Shown here one piece after another: positions 12,858 to 20,561 of a stretch of DNA of 64,000 nucleotides (its first letter is position 1; each line of letters begins with the position of its first letter). The DNA comes from an uncultured Candidatus Saccharibacteria bacterium (GTDB lineage: Bacteria > Patescibacteriota > Minisyncoccia > Phycocordibacterales > Phycocordibacteraceae): the NCBI GenBank assembly GCA_964398815.1, contig CAYNNZ010000002.1, forward strand, positions 207 to 64,206, in the 5' to 3' direction. Below the pieces are notes generated by a model. That model saw nothing but the letters and a program-made list of their open reading frames with translations, was not told where the DNA came from and made no database searches. The translations under genes were made by a program, and so were the position numbers.

Positions 12858-14072
12858 TTACTCTGCGTCGAGAATGCGCGTTATCGCGAGTGCGTACGCC
12901 GCCTCCCGGAGCGTAATGTTGCGCTCAGCTGCGAAGTCAGCGACATCGCGATACGCATCCTCCATCGTCTCCTTAAGGCGGTCGCGCACTTGGTCCTCGG
13001 TCCACGTGACGCCGCTCTTGTTCTGAAGCCATTCGAAATATGAGACGGTCACGCCACCAGCGTTCGCGAGCACGTCAGGAACAACAATAATGCCGTTATC
13101 AAAGAGTTCTTGGTCTGCCTCAGGCGTGGTGGGCCCGTTCGCAATCTCGAGCACGACGCCCGTACGAACGCTCGCGACATTATCCGAGCGAATCTGCTCT
13201 TCGAGCGCGGCAGGGACAAGTACATCGCACGCAGTTCCGATGAGTTCTTCCGCCGACAGCTTTTCTCCTTCTGCGTCATGAACAGAGCCTTTCTCCTCCT
13301 TGACCGTGAGCACGTGCTCGACATCGAGGCCGTGAGGATTCGCTATAGTGCCGTGCGAGTCCGCGATGGCGATAACTTTCGCGCCACCCTCCGCAAGCAG
13401 CCGCGCAGCTTGGGCACCTGCATTCCCTGCTCCCTGCACTGCAGCGGTGAGTCCTTCGAGCGAGCGATGCTGATCGCGCAATAGCGCATCGAGCACGATG
13501 ACTGCACCATCTGCAGTTGCCGTGTCACGTCCGAGGCTTCCACCCTTTTCTATGGGCTTACCCGTAATGAATGCAGGCGACGGCTTCCCTGCAATCTTCT
13601 CGTACTCATCGAGCATGATGCTCATGATTTCAGGATTCGTGTACACATCTGGTGCAGGCACGTCCGTGTCGGGTCCAAGATTATCGGCAAACGCGCGCAC
13701 AAACGCGCGCGACACTTCGTCAATCTCGCGCGGTGAATGCTCTTTTGGATTGAACTTCACGCCGCCCTTGCCGCCGCCAAACGGAATATCAACCACTGCG
13801 CACTTCACCGCCATCATTGCCGCAAGCGCTGACACTTCATCCTCGTCAGCGTCTGGATGGAAGCGTATGCCGCCCTTATACGGGCCACGTGCATTATTGA
13901 ACTGCACACGATAGGCAGGATAGGTCGCACTCGAGCCATCGTCGCGCGTAATGGTAAGGTCCGCCTTGAGCACACGGTCCGGTGTTTCGAGTTTTGCGCG
14001 CTGCTCCTCGGAGAGTCCGAGCAGGTCTGCCGCCCGGTCCATATTTTGTTTGAAGTATTGAAAGGCGGCCAT
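12858..14072 (-). CDS. gdhA: NAD(P)-dependent glutamate dehydrogenase (Glu/Leu/Phe/Val dehydrogenase family)
   Basis: IPFGGGKGGVKFNP glycine-rich motif. 404 aa with GDH-family similarity end to end. Confidence 0.85.
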   Translation of the reverse strand: MAAFQYFKQNMDRAADLLGLSEEQRAKLETPDRVLKADLTITRDDGSSATYPAYRVQFNNARGPYKGGIRFHPDADEDEVSALAAMMAVKCAVVDIPFGGGKGGVKFNPKEHSPREIDEVSRAFVRAFADNLGPDTDVPAPDVYTNPEIMSIMLDEYEKIAGKPSPAFITGKPIEKGGSLGRDTATADGAVIVLDALLRDQHRSLEGLTAAVQGAGNAGAQAARLLAEGGAKVIAIADSHGTIANPHGLDVEHVLTVKEEKGSVHDAEGEKLSAEELIGTACDVLVPAALEEQIRSDNVASVRTGVVLEIANGPTTPEADQELFDNGIIVVPDVLANAGGVTVSYFEWLQNKSGVTWTEDQVRDRLKETMEDAYRDVADFAAERNITLREAAYALAITRILDAE

Positions 14073-14426
14073 GTCGGAATAGTCTACTCCTGTCGAGTAA
14101 GGAGTCTATGGGGATAAAGAAGAAGACCCCGTACGAGACGGGGCCTTCATATGCACCGGCGTGCCTTGGTTCAAGGGACCCCGTGGGGGGCTTACACCAG
14201 AGACAGCAACGCGCTGCCGAGCCATTACCTCACCAACTAACCTAAGCCGATACTCGCGGGCCATGTCTATGGCGACAAGTCTTTCCCCGAATGGGCATAT
14301 TCAGAATTTAACTGAACCAAAGAGCTCCGAACGCGAAGTCTTCCCGAAGGACGATTCCCGCGTCTATGTTCCCGCTGAGAATGAGTTTACACCTACGAGT
14401 GACTTGTGCAACATAGGCTGTGGTTA

Positions 14427-16640
14427 TTACTTCGCCACCGCAGCAGCCTCCTCAAATTTCACCGAAAGGAGCTTCGAGATGCCGTCGGAACCCATCGTGA
14501 CACCGTAAAGAATGCCGGCGCGGCTCATGGTCTCACGATTATGCGTAATGACGATGAGCTGCGAGCGCTTTGCGAGCTCTTCAATCATGTCGCCATAGCG
14601 GCGACTGTTTGCTTCATCGAGCGCCGCATCTGTCTCATCGAGGATAAGGAATGGTGGCGGGTTCACCTGACTCATAGCAAAGATGAGAGCAATAGAGGTG
14701 AGTGCGCGCTCGCCGCCCGAGAGCTGCATCAGAGACTGCACGCGTTTTTTGGGTAGATGTACGGAAATTTCAATGCCTGGTTTCCCCTGCTTTTTCTTTT
14801 TAGTCTCTGCCTCTTCGTATTCGTCCTCGTCTTCTTCCTCTTCTGTATCAAATTCCTCGAGCACGAGCTTCGCACCACCGCCACCGAACATAACGCCGAA
14901 ATATTCACCGAAGGAACGATTCACGTTCGCGAGACCTTCTGCAAAGGTTTTGGTCAGTTCCTCGTCGAGGTCTCCGATGAGTCCCCGCAGACCTTCGGCA
15001 GACTTTGCGAGATCTTCAAGTTCGCGGGTGAGGAACGCCTCGCGTTCCGTGGCGTCCGTGTATTCCTTGCGCACGTCCTCTCCGGTGCCGCCTGCTTCCT
15101 CCACGCGTATCTTCAGGCGTTCGAGGGTGCGCTTGCGCTCCTCCTGTAGACGGCGCTCTTCTGGCGCAAGCTCGCTCTCCATTTCGGAAAACGCGGCGGC
15201 GCCCGCAAGCGCAAGAACCTCCGCCCTATCGCGCTCTAGTTCGTCTGCGAGCATCTGGAGTTCGCGCATGCGCGCGTCCTCGCGCGCGAGTGCACCTTCC
15301 TCGCGCGCCTTGCTTTCAGCAAGACCCAAGATGCGGCGCTTCTCCTCCCTGCCAGTCTCTTCGTGGGCAAGCGCATCCTCGCGTGCCTTCATAAGGGCGC
15401 TTCTCGCTTTCTCTATCGCCCCTTCGAGTTCTGCGTCTTTCGCAAGAAGTGCAGTGCGCTCGTTCTCCAGTTGGTAGACCGCATTCTCCTCCTCGGCGAG
15501 GTAGTCATCATTCGGAGACGCGTAGCGGTCAAAGAATGCAGCGACTGCAGCACGGAGCGCTCCGAGCGCGGCACGTATTGCACCGGGCTCTGCGTCGTCG
15601 TGAATCTTCGCCTGCTTCTCTACCTCCTCGCGCAGCGTGGAGAGGTCTTCGCGCGTCACCTTTACATACGGTTCGCGCGCGACGCTCGCTGCCCGCTTCT
15701 TGGATTCATGGAGACCACCCTCGATGCGTCCTATCTCGCGCGATAGTTGCGCGCGCTCCTGCGAAAGACGGTCCACGTCGCGCTCTGCATGGCGAATGGA
15801 TTCTGCCCGCTTCATGCCCTCGCTGTCGGTAGTAGCGCGCTCATCGAATCGAGCGAGGTCCGCAGACACCGTCGCAAGACGTTCGGTCGCTTCGCTTCTG
15901 CGCGCGCTCGAGGCGCTGCGCTCGCCTGCTATATATGCTTCCTCGCGTGTGAAGTAAGTCCGCGCCAGGTCGGCAAGTTCGCGCATGAGCTCTTCTGCGC
16001 GCTCTACCTTCTCCACCTGCTTCTGGAGAAATCGCAGGTGCGGTGCGATTTCGCGGCGCAGTGCCTCCACCTCACGAACGTTCTCCTCCGTCTTCTCGAG
16101 CTTTCGCTCTGCTTCCTGCTTCTTGAATTCAAATATCTTGAGCCCGAGTGCGTCCTCAAGCATTGCGCGACGCTCGCGCGGGTGCGCGAGCAGGATGCGG
16201 TCTGCCTCGCCCTGGGAAATAATGTGGTGCCCCGTCTCACCCACGTTCGCGGACGCGAGCAGTTCCTGCACGTCGCGCAGGCGGACCTTCGAGCCATTGA
16301 TAAGGTATTCGGACGAGCCGTCACGAAATACCGCGCGCTCAATGGATACCTCCTCGTAGTCGAGCTTCGGGAAAATGCGTTTCTTGTTATCGAAAACGAT
16401 GGCGACTGATGCTCGATTCGAACGAGCAGACTCATTCGAGCCAGACCAGATAAGGTCCTCACTGCGCTTGCCGCGCATTGATTTCATCGACTGTTCCCCA
16501 AGCGCGAAGCGGAACGCTTCCGCAACGTTCGACTTGCCGGAACCGTTTGGCCCCACGATGGCAGTCGTCGCATTGCTGAAGTCCATCAGCGTTTTCTTTG
16601 CGAACGATTTAAAGCCGACTATCTCGAGCCGTTTCAGCAT
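14427..16640 (-). CDS. smc: SMC-like chromosome partition ATPase, short form (737 aa)
   Basis: N-terminal Walker A GPNGSGKSN. Long Glu/Arg-rich coiled coil. C-terminal signature LSGGERALT and Walker B LILDETDAALD. No obvious hinge. Confidence 0.75.
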   Translation of the reverse strand: MLKRLEIVGFKSFAKKTLMDFSNATTAIVGPNGSGKSNVAEAFRFALGEQSMKSMRGKRSEDLIWSGSNESARSNRASVAIVFDNKKRIFPKLDYEEVSIERAVFRDGSSEYLINGSKVRLRDVQELLASANVGETGHHIISQGEADRILLAHPRERRAMLEDALGLKIFEFKKQEAERKLEKTEENVREVEALRREIAPHLRFLQKQVEKVERAEELMRELADLARTYFTREEAYIAGERSASSARRSEATERLATVSADLARFDERATTDSEGMKRAESIRHAERDVDRLSQERAQLSREIGRIEGGLHESKKRAASVAREPYVKVTREDLSTLREEVEKQAKIHDDAEPGAIRAALGALRAAVAAFFDRYASPNDDYLAEEENAVYQLENERTALLAKDAELEGAIEKARSALMKAREDALAHEETGREEKRRILGLAESKAREEGALAREDARMRELQMLADELERDRAEVLALAGAAAFSEMESELAPEERRLQEERKRTLERLKIRVEEAGGTGEDVRKEYTDATEREAFLTRELEDLAKSAEGLRGLIGDLDEELTKTFAEGLANVNRSFGEYFGVMFGGGGAKLVLEEFDTEEEEDEDEYEEAETKKKKQGKPGIEISVHLPKKRVQSLMQLSGGERALTSIALIFAMSQVNPPPFLILDETDAALDEANSRRYGDMIEELAKRSQLIVITHNRETMSRAGILYGVTMGSDGISKLLSVKFEEAAAVAK

Positions 16641-16678
16641 TGCGGAAATTATAACCCACGAAACGCGGGATATCCGCT

Positions 16679-17365
16679 TTACCAGCCGTTTGCGGCAAGC
16701 GCAGTGAGCGCAGCTGCCTGCTCTGCCTCCTGCTTTGACTTCCCTGCACCTCGGGCCATCTCCTCATCGCCGAGAAATACGCCGACCGTGAATACGCGGT
16801 CATGGTCAGGACCATCCTCCGAGAGCGTGCGATAGGTCGGCGTAACGCTGCGCTTTTCCTGCGCCGCTTCTTGGAAGCGAGACTTCGCATCCTGATAGGC
16901 GCGGTTCTCGATAATGGAATCGATTTTCGGATAGAGCGTCTTTGCGACGAATGCTTCCGCTGCGTCGTAGCCCTGGTCGAGATAAATGGCGCCGAGGACT
17001 GCTTCAAATGCGTTCGCCAGAATAATGTCGCGTGCGCGACCCGTATCCTTCGCTTCACCCTTCGAAAGAAGGAGCATGTCATTAAGTCCGAGAAGCTTTG
17101 CGCTTTCTGCGAGCGAGACGGTGTTCACCATCGCGGCACGAAATGCCGTGAGATCACCCTCCGGCTTGGTCGGGAACTTCTTAAAGAGGAAATTCGTCGA
17201 TACGAGCTCGAGCACCGCATCTCCGAGGAACTCGAGACGCTCGTTGTGGGAGCCTGCCGTCTTGTTCTCGTTCAGATAGGAACGATGCGTCAAAGCCTCG
17301 ACCAGGAGGTCGAGATTATTGAAAGTAAGGCCCAGTTGCTGCGCGTGCGCGCGTACGTCTGCCAT
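16679..17365 (-). CDS. rnc: ribonuclease III
   Basis: ERLEFLGDAVLEL RNase III signature plus a C-terminal dsRBD. Confidence 0.9.
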   Translation of the reverse strand: MADVRAHAQQLGLTFNNLDLLVEALTHRSYLNENKTAGSHNERLEFLGDAVLELVSTNFLFKKFPTKPEGDLTAFRAAMVNTVSLAESAKLLGLNDMLLLSKGEAKDTGRARDIILANAFEAVLGAIYLDQGYDAAEAFVAKTLYPKIDSIIENRAYQDAKSRFQEAAQEKRSVTPTYRTLSEDGPDHDRVFTVGVFLGDEEMARGAGKSKQEAEQAAALTALAANGW

Positions 17366-17394
17366 GCCCGTAGACTAGCGCAAAACGATAGAAA

Positions 17395-17440
17395 AACCAG
17401 TCTATATAACGACAGCCCGTACCATATTCTGGTACGGGCT
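17395..17440 (-). terminator. putative terminator downstream of hypothetical gene 17467..17889
   Basis: Hairpin agcccgtacc-atattct-ggtacgggct, followed on the minus strand by a U-rich stretch. Confidence 0.4.
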
Positions 17441-17466
17441 GATCTCCTCCTTCAAGCACTGAGTCG

Positions 17467-17889
17467 TTAAGGCGAAGTGAACGCGACATGCGAGAAGCGC
17501 GGTGCGGTGAACCGCTGATCCCAACGTGCGTCCAGATTGTTGTTACTCCAGCCCCACTTCGATTCGTACTTATTTAAGCATCGAACATGGAGCAGACCCC
17601 CCGGACCACTGTAGATGGTGCCCCAGAAGTAGACCACCCGTCCTTCCCAGGATTTAGGGATGAGGTGTGGGTTCTTCCAAAGATAGTCGAGCACATTCGC
17701 ATTGAGTGGCATCATTTCGGAAAACCGCTCTACGAGCGTATGTCCAGTTAGCGGGAGTTTTGTGCGCGGATGCGGTTTGAGGTGGATTTGCTTAGGATTC
17801 CACTCCCATGCGCCACGCGGACGGTGCTCTTTGACTGTCCACTCGGGAAAGGGGCACCATGGTGCGGCGTCAGTATCAATCAAGGTCAT
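17467..17889 (-). CDS. hypothetical Trp/aromatic-rich protein (141 aa)
   Basis: ORF probably starting at the internal Met MTLIDTDAAPW. Motifs EWNPK, RVVYFWGTIYSGPGG and HVRCL. No family assigned. Confidence 0.45.
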   Translation of the reverse strand: MTLIDTDAAPWCPFPEWTVKEHRPRGAWEWNPKQIHLKPHPRTKLPLTGHTLVERFSEMMPLNANVLDYLWKNPHLIPKSWEGRVVYFWGTIYSGPGGLLHVRCLNKYESKWGWSNNNLDARWDQRFTAPRFSHVAFTSP

Positions 17890-18015
17890 ACTCACAGTAA
17901 ACTCCTTCAAAAATCCTGAAGGAATGTGATGGCACGAAAGGTCTCTAGAGACTGCTCGCGCTATAACATTCAATCAACCGTGCTCAGTTAATCGGAAACC
18001 TTGATACGATGCAAC

Positions 18016-18918
18016 TTATTGCTTAGACGAGCGGTCGAGCAGTTTCTGGACTGCTGCAGTAACTATCGGCAGCATATCGTCGTAGAAATTGAGGTCGAGG
18101 ATGTCAGGAAGACGGAACCACTTCGCGTCATCAAGCCCCCCACTCTTCTTCAGTTCAAGCGGCTCGAACGGAGACGAGACGAGGAAGAACCACACATGCT
18201 TTCGTATCTTTCCTTTCTCAGGATGCGACGCGACATACTCGTTCTCTCCCACCTGGTCCTCAACGTGCACGTTCATAAGGCCAAGTTCCTCGCCCACGAC
18301 GCGCTTCACGCCCTCAGTCGGTGATGGGTCGTTTTCGATATGACCCTTCGAGAGCGTCCAACGTCCGAAGATGTCATGTACTAGCGCGAGGTAGTACTGT
18401 CCGTCATGCTCCGCATAGACGATGCCGCCACCCAATTTCTCGAGCGGAAGGTCCTCGTGCTTCACACGGTCCTTCTTTCCCTTCTCGTCCTTGCCTGGTT
18501 CACCAAGTTCCTTATAGACGGCACCGAGAACGCCGTTCACGAAACGGCCCGAGGAATCCCCACCGAATACTTTTGCGAGTTCGATTGCTTCATTGATGGC
18601 AACCTTTGCCGGGACCTGAGCGCGGTCAGCAAACAGGAGTTCGTAGAGACCGATGCGGAGAATGTTGCGGTCCACTGGTGCAATTTTATCGAGCGGCCAA
18701 TCAGGCGCTGCCTTCTCGATAACGAGGTCGAGGTCGGGTTTCTTTGCGAGCACACCGGCGAGGAGGGCTTCCATGAATGGCTTATCGGTTTCGTCTCCGC
18801 CGAATTCTTCGACGTTACGTTTGAGAATCTCAGTTGCTCCCGCGTCTGTTGAAGCGGTAGTGTCCCACTCGAAGAGCGTTTGGAGAACAACTGAACGTGC
18901 TAGATGCCGATTGGCCAT
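18016..18918 (-). CDS. nusB: transcription antitermination factor NusB fused to a C-terminal NUDIX hydrolase domain
   Basis: N-terminus MANRHLARSVVLQTLFEWD...LRIGLYELLF (NusB). The C-terminal part GGGIVYAEHDGQYYLALVHD...GHIENDPSPTEGVKRVVGEELGL is a Nudix box. Start taken at the ATG at 18918. Confidence 0.8.
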   Translation of the reverse strand: MANRHLARSVVLQTLFEWDTTASTDAGATEILKRNVEEFGGDETDKPFMEALLAGVLAKKPDLDLVIEKAAPDWPLDKIAPVDRNILRIGLYELLFADRAQVPAKVAINEAIELAKVFGGDSSGRFVNGVLGAVYKELGEPGKDEKGKKDRVKHEDLPLEKLGGGIVYAEHDGQYYLALVHDIFGRWTLSKGHIENDPSPTEGVKRVVGEELGLMNVHVEDQVGENEYVASHPEKGKIRKHVWFFLVSSPFEPLELKKSGGLDDAKWFRLPDILDLNFYDDMLPIVTAAVQKLLDRSSKQ

Positions 18919-19047
18919 GATGAAAGAGCTGTATACACACAATACCCTAAACAAATAAGAAGGGTTAATGAAGCAAACGCACCTTGTGTATATCTTGTGT
19001 GCAAAAAAAATAAATTCGTTCCCAGGTAAACCTTCAAAAATGATTTA

Positions 19048-19130
19048 GATGCGAGGCACGGGAGGAAGGGCGATGGAGACGTATAGATGATACGACGACG
19101 GAGCCCTGAGGGCCCCGTAACGACGCAGAT
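19048..19130 (+). repeat. structured intergenic repeat, copy A (REP/MITE-like family)
   Basis: GAUGCGAGGCACGGG...GUAUAGAUGAUACGACGACGGAGCC...GGGCCCCGUAACGACGCAGAUG. It shares the core with copies B to E. Confidence 0.5.
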
Positions 19131-19148
19131 GAATTATCTTTTGGAGGT

Positions 19149-19526
19149 TTAGCTCCCGGCTTGGCCACCCATGCCACTACGTGCCTTTGCGCGACCAGTA
19201 ATCATGCGTCCCAGCATTCCCTGCGACTTCTTGTCACGGCTCTCGGTCTTCTGGTCCTTCTTCATCGGAGTCTGATTCGTGTTCTCCGCGTGGACGTGCT
19301 CCTCAGCCTTTGCCTTCTCCTTTGCCTTGGTCTTCTTGTCCGCCTTCTTTACCTCCTTCTTAGAGACAATCTGCTTACCGCGGTACATGCCCGTGGTCTC
19401 GTCGATGGTGTGCGGAAGACGAAGCGCTCCCGATTCCTTATCGGCAACGACGTTAGTCCCCTTGAGCGCGTGGTGGCTCCGGCGGTTTTTGGTATGCGAA
19501 CTGGTGTGGCGCATTCGTACTGACAT
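19149..19526 (-). CDS. rpmF: 50S ribosomal protein L32 with long Lys/Glu-rich C-terminal extension
   Basis: MSVRMRHTSSHTKNRRSHHALK...LPHTIDETTGMYRGKQ matches the bL32 pattern. Start at the internal Met of the 141-aa track ORF. Confidence 0.75.
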   Translation of the reverse strand: MSVRMRHTSSHTKNRRSHHALKGTNVVADKESGALRLPHTIDETTGMYRGKQIVSKKEVKKADKKTKAKEKAKAEEHVHAENTNQTPMKKDQKTESRDKKSQGMLGRMITGRAKARSGMGGQAGS

Positions 19527-19599
19527 AGGCACAACCCTACCATATGGCCTTATTCCGCGCCACTTATGCCACAAAAACCCTTGCAGAAGGCCGGAAAAG

Positions 19600-19945
19600 G
19601 CGTAAGCATATATCTGGTCGTCCTTGTGCTGCTGAGCGGGACCTCAGCCGGACGGCGTAACCCGGGCATACGCCCACATTAATCGGCCTACATGTGAGGA
19701 AGCCGATGCTCATGACGAAAGACCCGCAACGCGTCAACCGTAAGTCGAAAAGGGGGAACAAGAAGAAGCACGCCGCGAGCCTGAGGGGTAAGCGAAAACG
19801 GTACAAGCCGTACATTCCGGATTCGTAGTCCCGAAAGGACTTTCAGTCCGGTGCACCTTCGGGTGCTCCGAGTCACCATGCGTTGGGTACACGCCCTTAA
19901 GACCATGGGACGGGAGGCCGCCACTGGCGGCCTCTTCCCTTTTTA
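19600..19945 (+). ncRNA. candidate structured ncRNA (~340 nt), unassigned, ending in an intrinsic terminator
   Basis: A 370-bp non-coding gap between two minus-strand genes. Plus-strand terminator GAGGCCGCCACUGGCGGCCUC + UUCCCUUUUUAU at 19903-19945. Several GNRA/CGAA-looped hairpins (GUCCCGAAAGGAC, GCACCUUCGGGUGC). No RNase P, tmRNA or SRP signature could be confirmed by eye. Confidence 0.3.
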
Positions 19946-20527
19946 TGCAGTCGTTTCGAGATGAAGGAACGTCTTGCGATGAATATCACAAGGACCATGT
20001 TCCTTTATAAGTTCGTAGTGCCGCTTGGTGCCGTACCCTTTATGTACCTCGAACTCGTACTGCGGATACTCGAGTGCGAGTTTTTTCATAAGCCTGTCGC
20101 GCGACACCTTCGCAGCGACTGAGGCGAGCATGATGGCGGGAATGAGTGCGTCGCCGCCGATGACTGTTTCCTGTGCGTATTCTGGTGGTGCCTTCAAAGA
20201 GCCGTCGAGATAGACCCTTCCTTCCTCCGGGTTGGGCAATAATTTTCGAACTCCTTTCTGTACTGCGTTACGTACCGCAGGAGCAATCCCGCCTCTGTCT
20301 ATAAGTTCCGCAGAGACGAGCTCAACAACGGCTCGTACATTCCCCTTTTTTATTTCCTCTTGGAGCACGAGGAAAATCGCTTCCCGACGTTTCTCTGAAA
20401 GCTTCTTGGAGTCGTTCAGATTCGTGAACACAGAAAAATCGAATCCCTCGACAACTGCCACGGTTCCTACCGCGACCGGCCCGGCAAGCGGCCCGCGCCC
20501 TGCTTCATCGACACCAAGAATGAACAT
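19943..20527 (-). CDS. rnhB: ribonuclease HII
   Basis: MFILGVDEAGRGPLAGPV..., a canonical RNase HII N-terminus. Start at the internal Met of the track ORF. Confidence 0.9.
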   Translation of the reverse strand: MFILGVDEAGRGPLAGPVAVGTVAVVEGFDFSVFTNLNDSKKLSEKRREAIFLVLQEEIKKGNVRAVVELVSAELIDRGGIAPAVRNAVQKGVRKLLPNPEEGRVYLDGSLKAPPEYAQETVIGGDALIPAIMLASVAAKVSRDRLMKKLALEYPQYEFEVHKGYGTKRHYELIKEHGPCDIHRKTFLHLETTA

Positions 20528-20561
20528 GAGCACAGAATAGCAGTTTTGGTATTGTGTACGT

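Noticed and set aside
14161-14508. Plus-strand 115-aa ORF in the gdh/smc spacer
   Set aside because: No SD. It overlaps the smc stop region. The spacer more likely holds regulatory or structured RNA sequence.
14683-16409. Several plus-strand ORFs (14683..15477, 15747..16409 and others) within the smc-like gene
   Set aside because: Ser/Arg-rich antisense frames of a strongly supported ATPase gene.
19903-19933. CCGCCACUG (B12-box-like 9-mer), suggesting a cobalamin riboswitch
   Set aside because: It sits in the loop of a terminator hairpin with no downstream plus-strand gene. No other cobalamin-riboswitch consensus elements were found.
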